Assembly: GCA_032718475.1 (NCBI GenBank)
Contig: JAUCBJ010000071.1
Location: 12,532-76,531 of the forward strand
Length of the DNA: 64,000 bases
Direction: 5' to 3'
Source: Nemertoderma westbladi
Taxonomy: Eukaryota > Animalia > Xenacoelomorpha
The notes beneath the pieces are model-generated. The model ran no database searches. It was not told the origin of the DNA and was given only the letters and a program-made list of their open reading frames with translations. Of this stretch, positions 23,795-36,402 are shown one piece after another (position 1 is the stretch's first letter; each line of letters opens with the position of its first letter). Made by a program: the position numbers and the translations under genes.

Positions 23795-25729
23795 CTAAGT
23801 TCGATTGGTAAAGGCCTCGGGTGGGAGACTTCCCTTAGCGGAGACTAACTGGAAAGTCTCAATAGCTTTACCGAATATCCAATTGGTCTCTTTAAGACAA
23901 AGCTCGGAGAAGGAGCTGGTCATTCCTGTCTGCTGACAGAGCGCCTGCACGAGGTGTTGTTTCTCTTGGGGGGTGGGTTCGGTGGAGTTGGAGGGCCCTA
24001 GGGAGACGGCGGCTATCTGGGGGACTGGGTTGGGGTAGCCGGAGTTCTGGGCCACCGGGTTGGGGTAGCCGGAGTTCTGGGGCACCGGGTTGGGGGAGCT
24101 GGACGCCGGTGGAGTCGACGACGACGCGAGGAACCGTTGCAACTCCTCCGCGGTAGGCGTCCCGATCGTTAGGTGGTCGTTCACGATCAGCAGTGTTCCC
24201 CCGCCCTTGGGATGCGGTTGGGCGATAAACATCCGGTAGAAGTGGCGCAGAACCTCGTCGCCGTTCGCCTTCTCCGTGAAGAATCCGCGGACTACGAAGG
24301 CTAGGAGGGTGGGGATGGCGAAGGGGACGTCGATGTTGAAGCTGTGGAGGTGGTGGACGGTGGATGGCATCTTGTTGAGCAAGGCGACAACGCTAAGCTT
24401 CGTGTTGTGGAGGAGCCGCGCTCTCAACGTGGTACCGCTAACGCGCAGAAGGTTGCGACTGTTGCAAAACACCTCGTTGCTATAGGGACGGTTTGGGGCG
24501 TTGTTGTGGGGACTGCGGGGCGCGGTAACCAAGGAGAATATCGCGTCGTCATGGTAAGCCTCGAGGAGCAGCTGTCTGTTACCGCTGTCGTACGTCGTGA
24601 AGTACTGCTGGAGGAAATTCGTTATGGGCGGGAGAACGTCGCCAAATTCGCAGAAGTTAGGCAACATCGACGGCATATTAACGGTGTTCTCTATGCCGAA
24701 CTCGATGCGAGGCGGTAAGTCGTGGTCGTCTAATCGGTTCAATGCAGGGAAGTAGCGACGCAATGACGTCACGTAGCCCTTATTATCCGGGTAGATATCG
24801 CATATCGGGTTCCCATCCAATGTCAACTCCTCCAACTTGAGACCCCGGATTTTGTCCAACTCGATGTCAGTTCGTATCGAATTGTGCGACAAGTTGAGCA
24901 TTTTTATCGGCAGGATGTTGACAAACGGCACCAAGCCATCCAGGTTGTTGATTCTGTTATTGGTGAGGTTAATGCCAGTTACGTCAGGGAAGGTGGCTTT
25001 GATGATTTTAGCGACGGCAAGAAAACAATAGGGGCGGGCGAGAGCGCAGCTGAAGGAGTGAAGAGCGAATGTCTGGTCGCTAGAGAAACGGGATAGATCA
25101 AGGATATGCGTTGTGGCGTTGTATCTACGGTAAAGGACGAGTTTAATATGGTCCAATTGGGCTTCGGTGAGGGCAAACTTGGGCTGATTTCCCCTGTTGA
25201 ACCCAGAATCAACGCCAATGTCGTTAACTTTGTTTACATAGATGTTCAGTTTCATTCCTGAATGTGTCGTAATTCGCCGCGAAGCGTTCTTTAGGGCGTC
25301 AGAAACGGCGTGATTTTCAACTATAAAGACGGCAGTTTGACCCTCAAAGTGAAAGTTTTGAGAGTTAATGTTCATGGCGGTGGTTTTCTCCAGGGCAGTT
25401 AGGAGCCAATCTTTCCCCATCCGCATGGCTTGCGGTATGTGCACCTTGTAGTGGGAGGAATTGGATCCGGGTCCATTGGTTATGGTGCGGATGTGGGATG
25501 GAGGCGGTTGGTGGCGATGGTACGGCGCAGATCCCCGTCGCGAGTAGGGCGACATTCCCGAGCGCATCTTACCACCACGACCGCCGGTAAACTCCGTGTT
25601 ATCGTAGCGCATCTGTACGTCGTTGTCGGGTCGCCGTCCCAAGTAGGCGCCTCGCCCCCCTCCGCCCCTACCTCGGTAGGGTCGACCGCGTCCACCACCG
25701 CGCCATTTCGGCTGGTATTGGGACGACAT
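23795..25729 (-). CDS. NXF1: Nuclear RNA export factor 1 (TAP/Mex67 family), intronless
   Basis: RGG-rich N-terminus, RNA-binding domain (YKV.IP..GKDWLL), LRR (LDLS, LTNNRI, LNLSHN, LEELTLDGNP, FPALNRLD), NTF2-like domain (FLQQYFTTYDSGNRQLLLEAYH, SRNL, IVND) and TAP-C UBA (QTGM...CL.ETNW, LPPEAF). Confidence 0.93.
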   Translation of the reverse strand: MSSQYQPKWRGGGRGRPYRGRGGGGRGAYLGRRPDNDVQMRYDNTEFTGGRGGKMRSGMSPYSRRGSAPYHRHQPPPSHIRTITNGPGSNSSHYKVHIPQAMRMGKDWLLTALEKTTAMNINSQNFHFEGQTAVFIVENHAVSDALKNASRRITTHSGMKLNIYVNKVNDIGVDSGFNRGNQPKFALTEAQLDHIKLVLYRRYNATTHILDLSRFSSDQTFALHSFSCALARPYCFLAVAKIIKATFPDVTGINLTNNRINNLDGLVPFVNILPIKMLNLSHNSIRTDIELDKIRGLKLEELTLDGNPICDIYPDNKGYVTSLRRYFPALNRLDDHDLPPRIEFGIENTVNMPSMLPNFCEFGDVLPPITNFLQQYFTTYDSGNRQLLLEAYHDDAIFSLVTAPRSPHNNAPNRPYSNEVFCNSRNLLRVSGTTLRARLLHNTKLSVVALLNKMPSTVHHLHSFNIDVPFAIPTLLAFVVRGFFTEKANGDEVLRHFYRMFIAQPHPKGGGTLLIVNDHLTIGTPTAEELQRFLASSSTPPASSSPNPVPQNSGYPNPVAQNSGYPNPVPQIAAVSLGPSNSTEPTPQEKQHLVQALCQQTGMTSSFSELCLKETNWIFGKAIETFQLVSAKGSLPPEAFTNRT

Positions 25730-26995
25730 TATTTTGTTACAAATACTGCAGTCGAATTGATGTTAAATCGTCTATGAATATATAGCGCCAAAAGAAACGA
25801 AATATCGATTGTCGATAGCAGCTCAAATGAGTGTGTAGTTTTACAGTTTTATATACAGATAATCCACGCCGGCCAGGTAACAGGACGTTACGTACCCACA
25901 CACAGGACGATTCGTACCCAACTTACTCACCTTATCTGTTATCGGCAGGACGAATCGTCCTGTCTACAACACCTAGTTGGAATGTTTTGAATCGTTGCCA
26001 AGTAGCTGTACAGTACCAATTTGACCCTCCCCACCCCACCCCACCACACCTATCATATCAGTTATAAGACTTTGGCAGACACCAACATGTGGATTAGGAT
26101 GTCATGGCAGCAGACACAAGGTCAGAACCTGGCCTTGGCATTTTGCTCATATTCTCCATTCTCACTCTATCTGTCTATCCTGAATCCGTACCAGTGCTGT
26201 AGTGATAAACTCCAATCCCCTGTCAATCAATCCTCCAATCCCCTGACAGCCTGATTTCTATTTCCACTTCGCGCAGCACTACCAAAATGCAAGAGTTTTT
26301 ATAATTTTCACAAAAATGTAAATTTTAAAATCTGCGACATTTCCTCAATTTTCATGAAATATATCTGAAATTCGATGTACTGTCACTGTACAGGAGTTCA
26401 TCCTCCGGCATAGGTATTGAATGATGTTAAATATTATGTTCATGATCATGACGAGTGGCCAATTTTCCATCGTATATACTCTTGTTCCATTGTATATTTT
26501 TCATGTACGGTATTACGCACTCTTCTTGAGGACTACACACAACAGCACAACACGTAAATCATACGTTCAGTCTTCAGTACATGCATGGTGCTGGTGCATT
26601 GGATACAATCACAATGCTCATTTAACAAATGAGACACCATCTGACCATCAGAATACTGCAATAATAGGTACCGGAGCTGAAAATTTATAAATTTATTTTA
26701 ACTAGTCAGCTAGTACTGTACAGTCATAGCAGCATACTGGCATAGCAACCCAACTTGTAACCTTTCTTAAGAAACAGGCTGACAGGGTTGGATATTTAGG
26801 CCTATGTATCATAGGCATAGCCCTGTAGCTGTGTAGCCTACCGGCTGACCGGTCAGCCGGTAGTGTTATTGGACCCATCAGGCTGTCAGGCATTACAGCA
26901 TTACGCCAGGCCTCGCTCGGCCAGTCAGCCAGCCCATCTGCCAGTAACTGGCCTAGTCGTTTATCATTGTTCTGTTGTTCAGTTGTTGTCGATGT

Positions 26996-27500
26996 AGGGT
27001 AAACTGGGGTGAAGTGAGCTACTTTTGTAGTTTTTCGTGTTTTAAAAATAGTTATTTTCTCATTGAGGAAATACCAATGTATTCCTTTGTGCACTAGGCC
27101 TACATTACTGCATTATTGCTCTAAACAATCTCACAAAAATTATAACATAATTTGCCTATTAAATAGGCCTAGTCAAATTATACCTTTTGTTTAGAGCACA
27201 CAAGTAGCTCAATTTACCCCACTCATGGGGCAAAGTGACACTAGCTCTAAAATCATTTGCAAAACCATTTAACCCCAATCAGTGATTGCCTTATGAGAAA
27301 AATCAAGAGATAATTTGCCTATTAAATAGGCAGATTATTTATTTTTTTTGACATTTCGAATAGCTCACTTTACCCCACTCATGACAGCATGATGCATGAG
27401 GCAAAGTGAGCTTCCCTCGAAAATGAGGTCTAAAACCATTTTACCCCACTTAGTACAGTAGTAATTTTCTGGGCAGTGCAGGGGGTAAAGTGAACCATTT
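26996..27500. mobile_element. Pogo/Tc1-like non-autonomous DNA transposon fragment
   Basis: Begins TA|GGGTAAACTGGGG and carries about six copies of a GGGGYRAAGTGA motif in both orientations. No matching right end identified. Confidence 0.4.
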
Positions 27501-28808
27501 TTTATGTTTTTAAAAAATATATAAACATACAGTAGGCTATGCTGCTATGCAGTTATAGGCCAACGAATTATGAATTATAGAACATTACAAAATTATTAGG
27601 CCCTATTATAAATCTAAATAACCAGCAAACAAACAATAAACCTTAATACAGTCTGACAGTAGGCCTAGTAGTGGAAATTGTAGCACAACTGGCACTAATC
27701 TGCAGGCCTAAGACGTTTATTTATTAGACCGACCTCGGGCCTGACCTGACAGCTAAAACCTAGAGTTAGGTAATAGTATAACCTGATAACGTACTGACGT
27801 AGGCCGTACTGAGTAGTCGTCGTTGTTGTAAACAATTGACAGTCAGACAGTCAGACAGCAGGACAGTCCAGCATCCAGCCTACTGGCCTACCGCTACCAG
27901 CTGACCAGCAGCAGTCGTTGGTCGTTCTGTCTTTACTATCAGACTATCTGACTGTTTGATTTTTTTTTTTTACGTCAACAACAAATTATATGCACTAAAC
28001 AGATAAAATCGCAATGTAAAGCGAAACAACGATGAGAAACAACAATGAATATTATATAACTATGCATAGTAGTGTACTATATGGCACGGTAACATGAGAG
28101 ATGTTGCACAATTGCATTAGTTTTAAAACAAATGGGTCTCAACATCACAAGCGTAGGTAAAATATAATTAATGTTAATGTGCAGTATAAACAAGAAGGAT
28201 ATCGTATGTAGTGAATATAAATATAGATATGTATGTAAATATGAGTGTAAATATAATTAATGTAACGTACTGTAAAAACAAGAAGGATAGCGTATGTAGT
28301 GACGTGTGGATGGCCTCATGAGGTTTCACCTCGTTTCCATGAGGGTCCAGAATAAAACTCAAGTAAAATAAATATCTGTGAATATAATTAGCGGTAAGTA
28401 TATAAAAGAGTAAAAAGCAGATATAATTGAATTAAAGGTAGATACTGACTGTGGTTTATCTAAGAGTAAAAAAAACAGATAAAATTGAAATAAAAGGTAG
28501 ACACTGTACAGTACATTCTGTAGATGGGTTGGAACCATAGATAACGTAAGTATTGTGTGAACGAAGGTCTAAGCCTGAGATAATAACAAGAGTAGTATAT
28601 ATTATAAATCTAAAATACGTTAAAAATTTAATAAATAGAGATATTATTGTATCGGTCGGTCTAAAATTCGTTAAAAATTAAAAATTAGTTACTGCTGTAC
28701 TGCCTGACTACTGACTACTGTCAGACTGTACACTCACATGCAGTACTGCAGTCTGGCTATCAGCCTAGGCCAGTCTGGGAAATTAGCCCAATAAGGAAAC
28801 TTATTTAT

Positions 28809-28891
28809 TTCCCTATAGGGAAGTTTTTATTTCCCTATAGGGAAATCACAGTTTTTCCCTATAGGGAAATCACAGTTTTCCCTATAGGGAA
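28809..28891. repeat. Four tandem copies of the palindrome TTCCCTATAGGGAA
   Basis: Copies at 28809, 28831, 28855 and 28878. Confidence 0.9.
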
Positions 28892-29519
28892 ATTATACAA
28901 TATCTTGGTTTCTATTCATTTTACTTGATTTTTATTTATTTTAGACTTTAAATTTTCTGTTTCTGTTAATAATAATGAATAATATTAAGTGCTATGATTC
29001 AAAATAAATCGGCTAATAATATTGAATATGAAACTATCGCATTTGACTGTTTGAAGTACCGTACCTGATATTAGATTCTTAATGTCAGAATGTCGTAGGC
29101 TATTTCTAAAAGCAGTATAAGTACATCAAATACTGGTACATACTGACATACATAAACATATGTAATTTTAATTTTTACTTGTTTCGTTATCCAGGTGGAG
29201 AGCGCAAATGGAGCATTTGCGCCGTGCGAGCGCATGGCCGACGGCGTTGGCCATGTGGTATTGTTCTAGAATATTACAGTATTATTAATCCCATGTAAAG
29301 TTAAAAGTTAAAGCCCATATTGCTGATGGAAAATAACAAATGCCTACCTTGATTTTGTTAAGGTCAGTTTTGTTTATACTTGAAGGCTTACATATATAAG
29401 TATACATGGGCATAATATTCCAAATACTTTTGTTGCGCCTGTCGATTCGTATGAATCGACAGGCGCATAGACCCCCCCAATTTATATTACTTGCGCATGT
29501 ACATTAGTAGGCCTACAGA

Positions 29520-31318
29520 AGTACTTGGGTATTCCTGTATTCACAATATTCAACTACCATATATGAAGATAGGGTACGTTTTGACTAAAATTCTGCATCT
29601 GATGTAACGTTTTGACTAGGCCTATCTGCCAAAAGAACCTCCACTATATCTGCCCTACATGTAGGCCTACCATATTATTAAATTATTATTTATACTTCAA
29701 AAATTTGTGGCACGAAACACATCACACGAAATGGAATTACAATAAAAGCAGGCCATTTAAAACCATCTTCAATCAATTAATTCAGCACCTTGGAAAACCT
29801 AATAAAAAAAATTATTCAAATTTGTTGAATTGACAAAGGTGGTTCTGAATTAACGAGACGAGGGTGGACCCAGAGCTATCGAGGGTGGTCCCTGAATTAA
29901 CGAGTGAGGACCCAGAGTTAATAGGGATATTCCCTGGATTAATAAAAAATAATTAATACCAAAACTAATAACAAAAAAAACACCCAAAATATAATACCAG
30001 CAAATACAGAAATATACTCATATTAACAAATAACACAAAAATAATTATTTAATAAAAAATTTAATATTGAACTTTTAAAGCTCTAAAATCATAAAGAAAA
30101 CCCATGAAGGTGTATTCCAATTACAATTGTTCAACCCCAGTGATTTTAAAATACACCAGACATGTCAGAGAGCATTGTAAGTATTATTTCCTTTGTGCAA
30201 AAATTAATTCTTCTTGATATATTATATGCAAAATTTTCATGCATATTCAAACAATCAAAAGCGTGAAACCGGTAGTCATACAGCAATTGGATGTCTTTAG
30301 TAGGATCGGAAACACTCTAGAGAACATTTAAAATAAACTTCATCATTCCAAAGTGAATACTTCTTGAGATATAGCCTTTCAAAAAATTAACCAATCATAG
30401 ACCACGTAGCAAAACCCGACAATCCAACAGCTATAAAACATCGTCAGTGAGTTAGGGCATACTCCAGAGAATATTCTTAGCTTTCAAACTTCATCCCAAA
30501 GTGAAGCAAACTCGAGTTATCGTCGTTCAAAGCATTAGCCAATCAGGCGCCGTATCTGATGACCACGGTATGGGGGTGACTTGGGACCTCAACGCGAGAT
30601 TCAGAACACCATCCAAAACATATTCGCATAAAATCTTATCACTAATTGTCAAGGCCTAGGTAAGTTTTCAGCGTTTGAATATTTGAGCCAATCAGGTGCC
30701 AGATACAGTGACCACGGTACGCGCATGACCTGAGACCCCAATGGAAGGTTCAGAGTACTGGCCAAAACATTTTCGCATCAAATTGTACCGTAAAATGTTA
30801 CTGCATATCAGCAAAGTCACCTACCGGTATTTGATCAGCAAAAGATCAGGTCTGACTGTGTGATTTGGGTCTGATCATATTTTCCTTTGCATGCATAAGA
30901 AGCCCTTCAATGGTCACTATCCGCTACATTGATCTAATCCATATCGTCAGATAGCCCGTGTTGCTGTTATAAGATTTATTTTGATTTGGTGCGATTTGGG
31001 TAATTTTAGTTTTTTTGGGGTAAACTATGGTATTAATAACTTCCAGTAAAATCCCAACGTTAAGAACATTGCTAGAAACGTCAATCATCTATAGCCTACA
31101 AACTAAGGGTAACTATCAGCCAGTTACTGTACATGGGCAGATGGGTATACTATAAGTACAGGAGTACCCAGTACTTGGATATTCCTGTATTGACAATACT
31201 CAACTATATAAAGATAGGGTACGTTTTGACTAAAATACGGCATCTGATGTAACGTTTTGACTAGGCCTATCTGCCAAAAGAACCTCCACTAAATATGCCA
31301 TACATGTAGGCCTACCAT
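29520..31318 (+). repeat. About 150-bp direct repeat pair (29520-29673 and 31170-31319) enclosing degenerate tandem units of about 150 bp (about 30390-30790)
   Basis: Shared GTACTTGG.TATTCCTGTATT...GATAGGGTACGTTTTGACTAAAA...CATGTAGGCCTACCATA; internal units share AGCCAATCAGG.GCC...TGACCACGGTA. Confidence 0.75.
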
Positions 31319-31420
31319 ACCTGCACCGGTGCTCACTACAGACTGTGGAGATAGCTACCGGCAAGAGGTGCTTGGTATATAGTTTTAGTCAGTAATGGCA
31401 TACAGCAACTACTGACTTTA

Positions 31421-31743
31421 ATAATAATAAATGAATTGTTGTGGGGTGAGTGACGTTGAATTAAATATATAATGTAGATAGGACAATATGATAATGCTCT
31501 CCATAGCGAAAAATATCAACCGGCCCTATTGGGGCTCGAACCCGGTACCTAGGTTTCAAACTTCTGGTTATCATCAGCCGGGTGACTGTACTGAGCTACC
31601 AGACCGGATGAATATTTCGCTGTGGAGTGGGAGATCATATTTAGGCCAACTAATCACTCAAATACCGGGTTCGAGCCCCAATAGGGCCGGTTGATATTTT
31701 TCGCTATGGAGAGCATTATCATATTGTCCTATCTACATTATAT
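31421..31743 (-). mobile_element. tRNA-derived SINE-like insertion with an 82-bp inverted duplication and a 14-bp TSD
   Basis: TSD AACTACTGACTTTA at 31407-31420 and 31744-31757. Minus strand has an A box (TAGCTCAG), a B box (GGTTCGAGCCC) and a (TTA)n tail. Inverted arms at 31466-31547 and 31663-31744. Confidence 0.75.
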
Positions 31744-33570
31744 AACTACTGACTTTATGATTTCATCAAGTTCATCAAACCAGGCTGACGACTCAGCTGT
31801 TTAATTAATTGCAGCCGGATTGGATAAATTATTAATTAATTTGGGAAACTTTACTAATTAGTAAAATCGTTAATTAGTTCGATTTAAAAGATTTTAGAAT
31901 TTGTAAAATAGTAAACCGCTTTGATACACCTTGTGAATAAGGATTTGGGGGCGGGGGGGACAAAGCCCCCCCGCCAATTAGGTAATTAAGTAATTAGTTA
32001 ATTACTAATTAACGGTAGGAGATACGGCATCGGCGCCAGAGACTTTTTTGTGTAGAATAAAATTCCGAACAACTTTGTGATGTTACGTTTTTTCATAGCT
32101 CTTAGTGTTTTCGAGTTACGACGCTAATTAGTTTTCGGCTAATTAGTACTAATTAACAGTAATAGGAGGGCCATAGCGATGACTGAACTTTTTTTAGATC
32201 TTACCGAGATGAACAAAAAAAAACACCGTTGCTAGGGGAAAAATCAAATACTTTTCGAGAAAAATCAATTAGAAATCTTTAATCGCTAATTACTAATTAA
32301 TTAATTAACAGATTTTTTCCACAAAAACTCCTAGCTAGCGCGCTAGGGCCATCTACCAGATCGCGCAAACAGAATCGTTCTAGCTTTCGCCGTTCTCCTG
32401 GAAAAATCCTTTAAAGATCCACCTAAAAAAAGATCAAAGCAAAATGCCTACTTGATAAGGAGTGATACTAGACCGTTAAATTATGAGGTTTGAAGTTGGT
32501 GTTGATGTTGGTTTCTATGTTCCGTTAAATAGGCTGCAGTATCTATACCTCATAATTCTCTGTCGAGCCTTGGGCTCTCCTGTTGCAGCCGAACCATCGA
32601 GTTGATATTTCATTGATAATAGGCCTAACTGCCTAATGTTCTTGTGTCTTGGTTAGGCTTACATTAGTGTTCTAGTGTTCCCGGAAGAGAAACTGGGCGA
32701 TTTTTCAATTAATTTCCTATTAATTTTAAATGTTTAATATTGGTTATGAAATAAATAGGCCTAAATGAAATCATTGTTTTCGTTGTCGTTAGATGTTTTT
32801 TGGGATTTGAAAAAATGAAACTAATAGTTACTGCAGCTAAATTTTAATAAAGATATCGTTGTAGGGTAGGCCTGTGACGTCCGCCATGAAAATGTTAGAC
32901 CGAAGTTAATTTTGATTTAGTTAAAGTAGGAATTCTGATAGTTAAAAGAGATGATTGGCGTTTAGCGAGATGTGTTATTGTGTTAAATATGTTTATTATC
33001 TTTATAGTACTGTAGTTGCATGTGGTATTTTGCCTCAAGTATTGACTTTAGTAAACAAACATAACTGTCAAACTATCAGAAACAGGGCGTTAAACTACTG
33101 TATACGAATATGAGATACAACCTCTACTGCGATTGGACACTCGTTTTAGTGAAACTATTATAGTGCGTTAATTATTTAGTATAAAAGCTTTGAATGTAAG
33201 TTTTTAGTTTTAGTAGTGATGAATTTGTAGTTTAATTCGTAATTTAAATATTCAAATTCGAACCCACTCCTAGCTTACCCAGGATTTGGTAAGCTAGATC
33301 GTTTTCGTAAATCGTTATTAGTTTTTAAGAAACTAAATCGTTATTCGTTTCAGTAAACAAATACTGTTATTCGTTATATTCCGTTTGCATCATGTGTTTA
33401 CCTAGGTTTTGGTAAACTGGTGCCGTTATAGGTAAAACTCCGTTGCGTTATTGATATTGATATTATTCGTTGATAATATCCGTTCCGTTAATGTCGTTAA
33501 TCGCGTTTAATAAACTATACCACTGAACCGCCTTGTAACGAACGTTTTGAACGCGTGGGACTACACATTT

Positions 33571-33588
33571 TGGTGCACTGGCCGGGAA
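33571..33588 (+). promoter_or_regulatory. Primer-binding site complementary to the tRNA-Gly 3' end
   Basis: TGGTGCACTGGCCGGGAA matches the complement of the eukaryotic tRNA-Gly 3' end (TTCCCGGCCA.TGCACCA). Confidence 0.8.
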
Positions 33589-33707
33589 ATATTCGACTAG
33601 TTTCAGACTGCTTTTATGTCTCGATCGCGTGATGGTAGTCCTACAAATACTCACATGGATGTCACAGGTGAAACAGAGCCAGATACATCCGGTTCACCGA
33701 CTCAGTA

Positions 33708-34906
33708 GGGTGAGTGAGGGAGACTTGACTTTAGGGAGACTTGATTTTTTTTTAATAACTCAAAAACTATTGTAAATTATTTAACAATACTACACAAAAA
33801 TGTGTAAAATACATGTAGGCTACACCCGCGCAACAATGTTTTATTACCTTTTGGTTATTTTTTGTTTTATTGTCAATAAACGTTTTCTGGGTTCAAAAGT
33901 AAATTTTTGCCCTTTACAACGAATGAAATATCGCATCCTTATTTTACTGTATGTTAATTGTAATTCACAACATGTGTTGACTAATTATTGCACTATCCTG
34001 CCATATATTGTTTTCCAGTTTTGGTTCAGCCGTTTTGAAATTATATCAATTAATATAAAAAAAGCCCATGTGGGGAGACATGACGCCCGAGTGTGAGGGA
34101 GACTTGAAGCCTTCAATCCTGACGTCTACCTAGAGATACACCCACGTAGAGAACCATTACACCAGAGCACTCCAACTAGTGGATCGGCACTTACACAGAC
34201 CAAGCTATCAATGGAATGTGAATACAATGGAGTGGCCAGGAGAGAGAGAGAGGCCTTGATAAACCCAGGAAGCCAACCAACTCTTCCTTCCCTCTTTGCA
34301 ATGTAGTTAGTAGCCCGCCAACTGGGTGATTGACAGCTTAAACAAGATGCCACTTCATCAGAAAGCGGCACACATCAATAGAATTACAGATGTGCCTGGA
34401 TTGAAAATTATACAAGATATTCATTAATAAAAAGTACCTTCCCGCGTTAAATTTTAATGCGGTTTTAATGAACTATTATTTATTCAGTTCTTGTTGGGAG
34501 AACCATGTGAACGACCACCTAAATTTGTATAAAATTTTGGATAATAATTTAACAATCGCATTTTTTTAAATTTTTTTGCTCTACTAGAAAATAGACATGT
34601 TGAGCATGTAATTATTACACTTCTTCTGCATTTCTGAACGAATTTACAAGTATGCGAGGTGGGGTTCAAGTCTCCCACCCTAGGTGTCAAGTCTCCCCCA
34701 TTGAGGGAGACTTGACGCTTTTTCGAAAATACGAATAATTGGTTTAATTAAAAAAGTTTAAGAGTTGAAATTCTCAAACTCTCACATACAGTAATGATAG
34801 CAATCATAAATGTAATGTGAAAAAGTAAAAACGGCATTGAAAAATGTATTTATCTCTTCTTTAGAGCGATTATAACTTTTGGGGTTCAAGTCTCCCTCAC
34901 TCACCG
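33708..34906. mobile_element. Non-autonomous Tc1/mariner-superfamily (pogo-like) element, 1.2 kb
   Basis: 21-bp TIRs GGGTGAGTGAGGGAGACTTGA / TCAAGTCTCCCTCACTCACCG, TA on both sides, internal GGGAGACTTGA repeats. Confidence 0.9.
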
Positions 34907-35107
34907 TATGGACTTAAAAAACTGCGTGACAAAGTCAGAGATGGAATCTCAAGGAAGATTAATGATATCACCAACCTTATTCAGACTCGTGGAGGCCGTT
35001 CGGCATTGCGATTATTAATAAAGGGACTGGAAGAAGCCCAGGGAGAATGCCTAGAAGCTCGTGATCTATTCATAAACTCGCTAGGCAAAGATGATGATGA
35101 TTTCATC

Positions 35108-35570
35108 AGTAGTAGATAAAGCATGGCCCCCAACAAAGTCCTCCCTAAGCCTGGGCTATGCACATTCCATTCGGAGGGCTATTCAAAAATGCCAAATTCC
35201 GGTGCTAAATTGCGGTGAGCGCCACATCTGTCACCACCATCCATCGATCGGCAGTTGCCATCAACCAAGCGTAGCGTAGCGTAGCCTAACTCGACTACTG
35301 ACTAACTAACTAACTAACTAACTACTAACCCTAATGTTATTCACCTTTTCGCCACGTCATCACCACCATCACCACCGCTGTATACTGTATATGATGGTGA
35401 CAACTACACGCATATACCCTCGATATTATATTATATTATATCGATTGCCAACTCAACGATTTAGCCCCCGCTAGCTAGCGCTACTCCTTGACGGATGTCA
35501 CCAACCTCCTAGTATGATACATGAAATTCCATTCCGTTCCAGCTACGCGTATACAAGCATTAGTGATTAT
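35108..35570 (+). repeat. Polinton left TIR (outer about 184 bp near-identical to the right TIR; inner about 280 bp diverged)
   Basis: Reverse complement of about 52975-53449; contains (AGCGT)3 and (CTAA)n microsatellites. Confidence 0.92.
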
Positions 35571-35793
35571 TATTATTACGCAATAATTTTTGTTGTTTAT
35601 ACAGTAGTTCCCCACCGGCTAATCAACCAATCAATAAACCGAATTTAGGCTACTTCTCAGTTTAAGACCTGTATTATTTTTGAAAATATCTTATATATAA
35701 TCTCTTGCTTTAATCACAATTAATCATTTGTAATGGTTTTAGTTTAAAAGTTTTTACTTTGTTTGTTTGATTTACAATAAAATAAATTAAATA

Positions 35794-36237
35794 ATGTCTT
35801 CTGATTCCGATATGGTTATGCCAATAGTAAGGCATTCATTTTTTGCAGAAGATGGTCAAGCCTATATTGTTATTGATTATACAATTTAATGTCAGGGAGA
35901 TGATAAATATAAAATTGAGTTTTCTGAAAAAGCCAGGAAAGTTTTAAGCTCAATTGATATTGATGCTTCTGATAATAGTATTCATCTCTTAGATTACAAC
36001 CTGAAAGTTGAGCATGAGGGAAAATTAAGCAACATCTTACTATTATCCATGATAGAGGGATTTATTGTTATTACACAATACAACGAAGCTGGTGAAAAGT
36101 TTGAAATACGGCTAAATCGGCATAGCCCCTACGAAATTATGTCTTTCTTTATTGTAATGATTTCAAAAGAATCCTTTGTCGAAACTGAAGAATCAACGGA
36201 TAATGTTGAATATGTTGATAATATCATTGATTCTTGA
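35794..36237 (+). pseudogene. Polinton orphan ORF (about 147 aa) with one in-frame TAA at 35887
   Basis: MSSDSDMVMP...YTI*CQGDDKY... continues in frame into listed ORF 36049..36237. Confidence 0.55.
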
Positions 36238-36402
36238 CTTTTCCCCCTATATTATAAATATTTTATGATTATATATAAAATTTTGTTGTTTTTAAATAAT
36301 CGAAAATTGTAGTAGTATTTGTATATACTGTATAACAGTTTTGTTTGTTGTTGTTGTTGTGTATTGCGGTAATTATTTTCAATTTACTTTAAAATTTGGA
36401 AA

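Noticed and set aside
25831-28362. Short ORFs upstream of NXF1
   Set aside because: No recognisable motifs; they overlap repeat fragments and low-complexity DNA.
31520-31610. tRNA gene
   Set aside because: A and B boxes are present but I cannot fold a convincing cloverleaf; the context (tail, TSD) indicates a SINE.
35091-35279. Duplicated small ORF (also 53278..53556) as a gene pair
   Set aside because: Both are translations of the Polinton TIRs.
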